From the human T2T-CHM13v2.0 reference genome, Homo sapiens, in NCBI RefSeq assembly GCF_009914755.1, contig NC_060935.1: a stretch of DNA of 64,000 nucleotides. One strand, 5' to 3'. The translations under genes were made by a program, and so were the position numbers. This document shows positions 53,306 through 64,000 of the stretch, in pieces. Numbering within the stretch: position 1 is the stretch's first letter; each line of letters starts with the position of its first letter. The notes under the pieces were generated by a model. That model did no database searches, was not told the origin of the DNA, and worked only from the letters and a program-made list of their open reading frames with translations.

Positions 53306-54990
53306 AGCAGTATCTAACCTTGACTACCTACCATATGCCAGCAACTGTGCTAAGTGCTTACATACTTTTTCTCATTCAGTCTTTACAGTATTCATATAAG
53401 GTGGGTAATGTCAGTCCTGTTTTCTAGTTAGAGAGACTGAAACTCAGAGGAGCTTCAGCTGATACATGCTAAGTGTAAAAGCCATGATTCAAACTCAGAA
53501 CAGTCTCAGTCCAGTGCCCGGCTGCATAACTGCTATGTTCTTCTTTCTCTCTTTTCCTGGTACCTGAAAATACTTCTTGTCTCTGATTTTGAGGTTTCTG
53601 ACTGTGTTATTGGTTGATGGATGGGTTGCCACACAGAGGCTCAGCTCAGCACAGCTCTTTTTTCTTCATAGCTTATGACGGACATCCTCCTGGATACTCT
53701 GGCTGGTGAGCAAATGGGTGCCAGTGGTGAATGCAGCAGAAAGACTAACTCTTGCCAGCTAGTGCATGTGGGTGAATTTTAAAGACAGCAAAAGAAATTT
53801 CTGTAGGTCAGTTTTTCAAAGAGTAACTGGTAGCTTGTAGTCTACTTAAAGGCCAAGTTTGATGTTCATCAAAATCACCCTGTAAAAACCTTTCCAAATG
53901 CTGTGATTCTGATAACAATACCATAGAACATTCTTGTGTAATTGACAAGTAGTTTTTACATACAATGTCTTGTTTAGTCATCATCACAACCCTATGAGGG
54001 TTTGCAACTACATATAGTTGCAAAGAAGACTGGGAGATATCTTTAGTTGGGAAGCCATGAGTCTAGCAAAATCTCTGTTTTTAAGGGTGGCGAGGGGAGT
54101 GAATGAGGGGAGCTAGCAATCTGATGTGTTGTGGTGGTGATGGAAGGGATAAGTAGAGTTTGAAGCTGTTGTCAGTAGAGTTGGGAGGATGCCTCCTAGT
54201 CTATGACATCTCCTAGTGTTATGACATCTCCTCTTGTGGACTGGGAAATTGCTTAGAATTTAAGCAACTGTCCAGGGTTCTACAACTGGTCAGCGGCAGA
54301 GGCAGCACTTAAGTATTGCTTTTGTGACTTAATTCACTCTCTATTCAAGTTTCATCTTTGCTTTCTCTATTGAAATTCTTAAATATTCTGATTCACTGTA
54401 TTTAGAAGTCGGCAGGAATTATTAAAGTGAACTTCTTTGTGGTATACACTGTTACTGAATCAGAGTAAATAAAAGGTCACATGATTGGTTGTTGTGTTAG
54501 GTTTAATTGACGTGTACTCTGTATGATACAGAATACTCTGTATGATACAGAATACTCACATATCTTTTGTGGGATATCATTGGTCCAACAGCTTTAAAAA
54601 TCCCAAGGCTTTAATAGATGATAAAACACGGAGTTTGTGTAATTTCTTGAAAAAGTTGGCCATCGAGTTCTTGGTCAGGAACACAAGCTTCAATTGTAAC
54701 AGTTTCCATGGAGACATTAGCCTTGGCTTGCATCATTTCAGCTTTCAGTGCCTTTCCTAGGAATGGAGTGAACTGCTAAAAGAAGAGCTCTGGTTGTGGT
54801 TGTCACTTAGAGCTCTCTCCCCTACTGTTTCTGCTGGAGGCTGATTTGCTTTTCTGGGTCTTCTCAGTTTTTTCTGTGACCTAAGCATAAATTGTCTTTG
54901 AGATCCTGGTAATCTCATATTTTAAAAGTTTTCCACAAAAGACAACTGAATGGAACACTTTTTTTTTTCACCCCTTTAAAGTATTTAATT

Positions 54991-55336
<346 letters not shown>

Positions 55337-55372
55337 CTAGAAGAATGGACACCTGGTCTCACTCAAGCTTCT

Positions 55373-55740
55373 TGTATTAGTTGGGATACCAGGTGAGTCC
55401 CTCTGTTAAAGAGACCCACAGGCACAATGGCTGAAACCAGGTAGAAGTTTTCTCTCTCATGTACTAGTCCCTAGTAGATAGTGGTCCAAGCCTAGTATTT
55501 TTAACACATGGCTTCCATTTGATGGTTGAAGGTAAAAACTTACCATCTCCCAGAGGAAACACCCAAGGGGGCACACATCCAGTCATTTTTAAGGGAAAGA
55601 CCCGGAAACAGCACATTCTCTTTTTCCAGTAGCCGGAATTTGCAACTACATATAGTCGCAAAGAAGACTGGGAGATATCTTTAGTTGGGAAGCAATGAGT
55701 CTAGCAAAATCTCTGTTTTTAAGGGTGGCAAGGGGACTGA
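55373..55740 (-). mobile_element. Old MLT1-type MaLR LTR remnant
   Basis: tgtattagttgggata...atggctgaaaccaggtagaagttttctctctcatgta...gcaaagaagactgggagatatctttag. Confidence 0.6.
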
Positions 55741-58700
55741 ATGAGGAAAGCTAGCGGTCTGCTGTGTTGTGGTGGCGATGGAAGGGATAAGTAGAGTTTG
55801 AAGCTGTTGTCAGTAGAGTTGGGAAGATGCCTGAGTCAAGGGTGAGAATCTAAGCAGGCACACAGAAACCAGGGCATGTGCAGCCATCTAGAGGTCAGGG
55901 AAGCTCTTGGCTCTGAAACTAAGCAGTGGGGGGCACCCAGGCATGGAAGGGAATGTGAATTACCCAGAAGACATTAGGTTGTCAGTAAAAGGAAATTCAC
56001 CAGTGTGACTGAATCAGTAGAAAGAGCACTTAGACTAGGAGTCAGAAGACCTAGGTTTGAGTCCAGCCCTTTTACTTCATAACCTGGGGCAAAAAACTCC
56101 CATAAATATTTGCTTTATTATTTAGATAATGGCAATAACAGTGATGGCCTTTCCTGCCTCCCAGGCTTAGTGTGAGACCAAAGGGTGAGGAAGTACTGTG
56201 TAGACTGCAGCCCCATGGAGATGTGCACAGTGTCTGCCCAGCCCAGGGCCTGCCATGGGTGTATTTGTTGAATGAAGTGTGAACTATTAAAAGAGTTGGG
56301 AAAAATGCATTATACTAAGGAGATCTTAATCCTGGACAGTCTTCTCTACCAGGCAGAAAGGTTCTGCTCTCCACTGGTCAAGGCCTTGGGCCTATGTGTA
56401 AAACCGGGTACCTAACAAACACATGGGCAGACGCCTGCAGCTCCTTACTGGGTAGCACATGACACATAGTATGTCCTTGGCAAGGCCATTTGCTCATTCC
56501 TCTGTGTAGGTAACCAAGTGCAACAGAAGTGGAGGTATAGCCCATGAATGTGAACTAATCATTTTTAAATGATTTGGTCCATGGGCAGGTTAGAAGATGA
56601 AACCTTCCCAAGGCCACCAACACTTGATTTCTTGCTTGAAAATGATAAGATGCAGTTATAAAATGCTTCTGTTGATTTGGAAAAAATGTGTGACTTGTTC
56701 AAAACAATATGTATTAATAGAAAATGTAACATAAATAAGAGGATACAAAAAAGAGCTTAATGTTTCTATCTTCTGGGCCTAGCAATAGTGATTTTTTTTT
56801 CCTTTTGGTAGGAAAATGGGGGCTCAGTGGAATAATCAGTTTTATTTCTTTTTCTTTTAACTTCATGAAGGGTTTGTATTGTTCATTTTGTTATTTAATT
56901 TGTTCATTTGCTAAGGAAAGAACTTCTTTCTTGGAACTCTGCGGAGTGTTTTTAGATGGACTTTACTGGAAAAAAACAGGAATTGAAATTATATTCACAG
57001 TGTGCTCTAAACTCTTTTAAAATCTCATGCATGGATGGAGGAAAATGCACTGAAATATCAATAGTGGTTCTCACCTCATGGAATTAGAGGTGACTTTTAT
57101 TCTCATCTCCTTCTCTGTGGTTTCCTATTTTTCAACAATGAGTGTGAATTACTTTTATCATCATGAAAGACCAGTTAAAAATTAATCTCACAAATTAACA
57201 CTCTCAAGCCAAACCACGAATTTTTGTTTTTCACAACCTGGCTTGGACTATAAACTGTCACACTATCTCAGACCTATGCAGATTCTTTTCTGAGTGAGGC
57301 ATTGAGGAACTTGTTATAAAGATGATGCTTTCCTTCTGGAAATCAAGAAACAAGCCAAGGGCTTATAATGTGTTAGGAAAGATGTCCTGAGTAACTTTCC
57401 TCCTGGAATCTGACTAGCCTTTATTACAGCTACTTAAGGAAATGAGTTTTGTGGGTTCCCTGTTCACTGTGTCACCATTTTTTTCTTTATCCTGTACTCA
57501 TATGTACCTCAGGGTCCCCAGATTTTCTTATCCTGGGATTGCATGACCTTGTCCTTGGCTCTCTCGGGCCCCTGCCGTTTCCAGTGTTCTCTGTTCATGT
57601 TCACAATATTGTTGATTTGGCTGTGGCTTCTTCCCGCAGTGTTCTTGTAGACTGAAGAGAGCACATTGCTGCCCTTGTCCCTGTGCAGCTTCCTCTTCCT
57701 CTTTATCATTGCTCAGGTGAGTGGCCTGAGCAGTGCTCCTGGGATGAGGTGAAGAGAAGCAGTCAAGACTGCAGGGAAGGGCTAGGGGTGCTGAGCTGGC
57801 CGAGCTTCCCTGGGGGAAGGCACTGGGCCATCTGTCCAGCAGCAGTTGGCCCACAGCTGGCAGGGCAGGCTCAGGAGTGGCTCTTGAAGATGGCTGCTTG
57901 GTGTTTGAAGACAGTTCCCAGGGCATGCATTCATTTGTTGAGCACCTTCAATCTGGCAGCCTGTGTTCTAGATGCTGGCTGATGACCAAGGCTGACATGG
58001 CTTTGGCTGTCATGGGAGTTTCATTCTAGTGGTAGAGGGAGAGAGAGAGAGACGATGTGGTAGAGGGAGAGAGAGAGACGATTAGCAGGGGAATCAATGA
58101 AGAAGATAATTACAGGTTGTAAGAACAGCCCCAGAGGAGGTTACAGGTGCCTGTTTGTCGAGAAGTGGGAGGGCCAGAGTTGGGATAGGAACCTATGTCC
58201 CTGATTGCAAGGTCTGGCTCCTTCTGTGTCCTCTGGGCTTTCTGGTGGGAAGGGAGGAGGTGGAGGAGACCCCTTGGGAGGGCCGAGCTTCTCCCATTCA
58301 GCCAGTCTGGACCAGCCTGGGGCCTTCAGATGGAGATAGCAAAAGTTGAGGGCATAAGCTAGGGACTGGCTCTCTTGGTCACTCCAGTTGCCCATCTCTG
58401 TACTTCCCCAGGTGAATAGCCATGTTTTTTAAAGAACACGGAGCAAATTTGCATACAAGAGTCCAGATTTATGCATGCTGCAGCTTTGTCTGAAGGCAAG
58501 CTTATATTTTCTCTCCTATTATTTTCAACTTTTAATGAGTTACCAGCATCTCAGTGCCCCTCCAGCAAGGATATTGGGCTGGTGTTTTCAGGGAACAATT
58601 TTAATTAACTCCTCCTTGCCTCCCTCTCACCCAGCCACCCCCAGTCCCCTTCCTGGTGGCTCAGAGTCTGGCTTTGGCATGCAATAAGAATATTTTTGCC

Positions 58701-60589
58701 TTGGTGTTAGCCTTTCTGAAACTCTTGATTACCAGTGCTCACAGGACCTTTCTGCAGCACTGTCTGCTTGGCTGTGGACTACCCAGAGGAGCTTGGTGTC
58801 AGGCAAACTTAGGCGATTTCCCTGAGCATCCTTGTTGAGTCTGCCTTTGTACTTCTTTGTCAGGTCTAGAGGCTTGGCCGTTTGTCCTGCTCTTTTGTCC
58901 CCTCCTTCTGGGAACCCTCAGGACCCTCACTCCATGGAGACTCAGCACCCTTCCTCCTGCAAACATCAGTGATGGGGCTTTCCCAGCCCTTTCCCCTATC
59001 TTCCTTTTCAAAGAACAAAGCCTTTGAAGCTTGTCTCATACCTGTCTGATGCAGTATGGGAATCTGTAAGTTCTTTGCTTCCTGAAGGGGTCTGGGGAAT
59101 CACTTGGCTTTCAGAGCTTTCCTCGCTCCTCTCCCACCCACAGACCGATTTTAACCAGAGAGTAAGTCATTCATGCTGTGCTTGAATACTCCTTCCAGTC
59201 CCACTAGGAAGACTCTTTGTTACTAAATTCTGTTTTCTTGGGAAAGGGGAGCTTATTACTATCTCATTTTGTTGGTTGTTATTACCCTCCTTTAAAAATG
59301 TATCTACATACACGCATGTGTGTACCTACATGTTTCTATATTTCCCTTGTGAATGTGGCCCTCAGAGGGCCTGGATTTAAACCCTGGGAGTGGTAGTGAC
59401 CCTTTGGGAAATGTATACTTTTTGTTCCAAATCTTCTCTGGCTTAAATTTGTGAAGTTTTGTTTCAGCCTTGGTTTCATAGTTTTTCCCAGTTTCCAAGA
59501 TAAGTTTGGGGCTCACTGTAATCAGCATGTAAAGGAGAATATGGCCATCAGCTCTGCCCCTTAAATTCATAGTCAGACTCAGTGGGGAAGCCGTTCCTGT
59601 CCCATCTTGCGCTCGTGGCTCTGTCAGCCTCAGGCAGCTCCTGCACCGTCCTCCTGCCTGTGACAGTGTTGTCAGGAGTTCTTGGTACCTGGGTGCTGCT
59701 TGGCCTCAGGGTGCCAGGGCTCCCATGTGGAGTGTGCTTGCTGCAGTCTCTACAGCCCAGGTGTCTCTGTAGCCCTCCTCTTACATAGCCACAGCGTGGT
59801 AAAGTACATCCAGTTTGCGCTGTAGTAAGCAATTTTATTAAAAAAATAAGTTTAATATGTAAGTGGTCCCTTAGTTCGTTTGAATGGCTCCCCTCTCTGG
59901 CTTTGGTTTGAATGAGCTACACCTGGCTGGAGCCCCGCTGCTCCCCTCAGCATGGAGTCACCTCCCTGTGCTATGGAGGAAAGGAAGAAGTTATTCTTAC
60001 CTTGGTTTTGAGACAAGACAAGCCTGGAGAAGGCTGTAGGGATGAAGGAGTTGCCCATTTGTCCAGCATCAGTTGAGAGTCTACTGTGTGCCTGGCATCA
60101 TAGGAAGCCTCTGGAGTGCTGTGAGCAAGAAAATAATACTTGATTTATGTTTTTAAGGGTTCTTCTCGCTGCCTGTGGGCCGGCAGTGAGGAGGACAAGA
60201 GCGCAGCAGGGAGATGGGTTAGGAGGCAGTTGCTCCGGTGCAGGGAGCAGTGCCAGCTTGAGGGCTGCTGGTGGGTATTGGTGTGAGGGTGGGCAGGCTG
60301 CAGATAGGCCTTCGCCCATTGCCCTTGCCATGTGTCCCCATGTGTCCCCAGGGGAGGCTCTGGGCATCCCAAACTGTGAGCCTGCCCTTTCCCAAGTGTG
60401 CTAGGCCCTGCCAAGCTCCTGCTTCATGGCCTATGCTGTTCATTCCATCTGGAATGCTCTCTTCCCCCTGCTTTCCATCCTAGCTGAGTGACATTGGGCA
60501 AGTGACCAGATCTCTCTTGAGCCTCAATCTCTTATTCTGTGAAAGAGTGCTCATGGAACCTACTGCATGGGACCATGAGGATAAGACTA

Positions 60590-61390
60590 TAGTTGAGTGT
60601 GGTGATTGCAGTAGCCTCCAAAGCTGTCTCCTGCTTCCAATTTCATCCCGCTACTGTGCATTCTTTACACAGTGATCCTGTGACCGAGGGTCAGATCAGG
60701 GCAGGCCTCTGCTCAGAATCCTCTCCACAGTAGCTTCCTGTCCCAGTCAGAGGAAAAGCCAAATCTTAGCATGGCCCTCAGAGCTTCCTGGTACTTCTGA
60801 CCTCATCTCCCACCCCAAGGCCATGGTGTATGGTTGATCATGCTGGGTTCTGCACAGCTCATTGTGGTGCATGTAAGTGGCACTCACTTCCTCCCCAACT
60901 TATGCATTGCACAACTTGTGCAGCTGTACATGCTGCTCCTACCTGCGCCTCTCTAGCTCCACTCCAGCCACAGTGGAATCCGTGTTGTTCTTCAAACACA
61001 CCAGGCATGCTTCCTGTTTAAGCTCTCCCTACTGCCTGCTCCCTTGGCCTGGACCATTCTTCCCCCAGAGGTGTGTATGGCTAGTTAGCTCACCTTCTTC
61101 AGGTCTTTTTTCAAATGTCACCCTATTTAAAATTGTTCCATCTGGGTCACTGCCCCCCAAATGTTCCCTTTTTCCCTTGCTCTTTATTTTTCCTCCTAGC
61201 ACTTATCACCATCTAATATATTATACGTTTTCCTTATTTATTTGGTTTATTTTTATTTATTTATTTATTTCTCAACAGAACATAAGCTTGATGCAGGCAG
61301 GCACCAGTGTTAATTTTGTTCACTGCTGTATCCCCAGTGCCTGGATTGGTGCCTGGCAGTAGGGGTTCAGTGATGCATGAGTGAATGAGT
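60590..61390 (+). mobile_element. L2 3' region with a nested MER91-like MITE (~60817-60940)
   Basis: L2: gattgcagtagcctcc...cttatcaccatcta...ttttgttcactgctgtatccccagtgcct; insert has an imperfect inverted repeat (tgcacagctc...attgcacaacttgtgcagctgtacatg). Confidence 0.7.
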
Positions 61391-63659
61391 TTGGATGCAC
61401 AAAGGTAAAGTATTGGGTACGGTGCTTAGCACACTGGAAGCACCTAATACATGGATGCCAGTATTTTCATTGTCTCTGTTAACTCTCCAGGCCCTGGCTC
61501 AAATGTGGCTTTCTCTGAGCCTTTCTGCAGTCCCTTCTCAGGCTGAATTAAGTCACCACCACCTGTGCTCTGTGTTCCCCTTCATTTTGCCTTCTCTGTC
61601 TGCTCGGCATTTATCACACTGCAGTAGTGGGCTTATCTCACACTTTTTCCTGTTCCAATTGGAATTCCTGTGGGGCAAAGACTGGCCTGTTCAGATTTGT
61701 ATCTCAGGCGGTCTGTGCCCCCAGCTGGCATGTGGTAGGAGCTTAGGAAGTGCTTGCTGCTGGTGGCTGTGGGAGGTGGAAAGAGCTTTTTAATCCATCA
61801 GGACCCTTACAAGGGGGACTGGCTCCAGCATCACTGCCGTCTGATGTTTGTGCCCCCTCCCAAGGGGTGTCAAGGGAGAGCTTGGCAACCACTTAAATGA
61901 GAGTCTCCAGTGGTATATTTAGAGCAAATTTTGGAGAGAGGAGTCTCTTGGATAACAGCATCTGGGTGACCTGATTGTTTCACATATAAGAGTTTGGCTT
62001 TTTGGCTACTCAGGCTTTGAGAGGTTGGGGTCATTCAAGGGAGGCAGTGTAATACCCATGTGTTCAGAGGTGGCTGGGACGAGAGGGTGCAGGAGAAAAG
62101 GCTTGAGCTGGCCTGTAAGGGATCTGAGTTGGTGAAGGGAGCACAGCTTCTGGGGGTGGCAGAAGGAATAGGAGAGCTGCCCCTGCCATACCTGGGGAGG
62201 GGTGGTTAGGTAGGTGCCTTGGGAGGCATGGTTAGGTAGGTGGTTTGGGGCCATGGGGGGAAAACTGTAATGCCAGGGCAATTACTTTGGCCTCTTGTAT
62301 TTGGCAGGAGGGGTCCACACTGGGGATTGTGGTGGCGTGAGGGAGAGGGCCCTGGGAGAGAAGCTCTAGAGTCATTTTCTTTTCCAGAGGTGGAGTTGTC
62401 TTGGGGACCTGCACGTGGCACGCAGAGCCCATGCTCTCAGGCACCTTTGGGGTGGCAGAGTTTCAACTGAACCAACAGAGGACAAGGGGCTGAGAAGTCG
62501 GAGGCCTTGGCTGAGGTGCCCAGTTTCTTGGTTCACTTTCTTTACCTGCCAGGTTAGCAGCAAGTGAGCAAATCCCTCCTGCCTTTGCTCAGCATTAGCC
62601 TCAGAGACTTGAGGAGAGCTGGGCCTTCAGGTGGGAGCCTGGTGGCCACACTGGAGAGGACCAAGCTTGACATTGAGTGTCCGAGGGGCTGAAAGTTGTT
62701 CGCTCATCCAGAGATGGATTCGTTCTGCAAACATAGGGAAAGTTCCCTTCCCATTCCTCATGGCTGTTTGAGGATGGAATTCCTGCATTGACCTTGGCCT
62801 TTCCCTGATCTTGGCCTTTCCCCTGCACTATGGCCTCTCTACTCTTAACATTACGCCCCAGCCCTTTTCCATGGGCCCCTCGTCTTCCCTATGGCCATCT
62901 AAAATGGCCGTATAATATTCTATCAAGGGAATGTTTTCAGTAAGCCATGAGCTTGATATGGAGCATTTAGATTGCTTCTAATTTTTGCTCTTTCAGCTAA
63001 TGCTACATTAAGCCATCTCTGTGTATTATGGAATCATTTCATTAGTTGGCATTTGTCTAGCTAATGGCAATGGCCCAAGATTTAATAGCGAATCAGAATT
63101 TCTTTTTTCAAGAAGAATGTCATGAGGATATATAAAAAATTTACTTAAAATGCTAGGAATCATCTATGTTGGGGTTTTCATGAATGAGGAAGCAGGGAAA
63201 CAGTAACATGAAATTAGTTGTAAGTGAAAGACTGTGTGTATAAAAGTAACTCGTGACTTGTTTGTTCCTGAGTGTGGAGGGGAGCCAATAAATCCTTGGA
63301 AGGAGCAATCTACCTGTGAAAATCAAAGAGATCTGTATTCCTGCATCTGATGAAAACATAACAAACAGTGATCTCTTCTTAAGGATATTTTTAGAAATGC
63401 CCTAAAACAAGAAAAAGTAAATAAGATTTCCGAGAAAAAACATGTCTCCTTAATTCCAAATGAGCCTCTCTGGAAATGCCATTTAGTAGTGGAAGCAGGT
63501 TGTAGACTTGCTGAAAGGATTTGGTTCTTTGGTTATTAGGAAATAACTAGAATGAAATTGACAAACAGACAACACTGACTTGGTCCCCAGTACTGCTTTG
63601 AGCCTGAGGTATGTGTTGGCTTTGGAATGATGGGGAAGGCTTCCTCTGACTTGCTGATT

Positions 63660-64000
<341 letters not shown>

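Overview
Primate, almost certainly human, genomic DNA: dense in Alu, MIR, L2, L1, MaLR LTR and DNA-transposon fossils. No intact protein-coding exon is supportable. The centrepiece is a CpG-island promoter (~39.95-41.9 kb) with eight co-oriented inverted CCAAT boxes, GC boxes and two tandem ROR/REV-ERB elements (AAAGTAGGTTA, 25 bp gap, AAAGTAGGTCA), followed by a non-coding first exon ending at ACG|GTGAGT (40650). I recognise this as the promoter and exon 1 of the clock gene BMAL1 (ARNTL), + strand. The window is therefore ~40 kb of upstream DNA plus ~23 kb of intron 1. The listed ORFs are repeat-derived or GC-content artefacts. I found no novel gene system. The most interesting unexplained structure is: (i) an exon-1 sequence complementary to its own 5' splice site, enclosing a G-quadruplex motif; (ii) a hidden ~152-bp duplication that builds the CCAAT array; (iii) a repeated CTTAAAGG motif in the island; (iv) several template-switch scars, including two short non-tandem copies of nearby DNA inserted into old repeats; and (v) a RORE-consensus site formed at an Alu-monomer tail. 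Repeat boundaries and subfamily calls are by eye and approximate unless a TSD is quoted.
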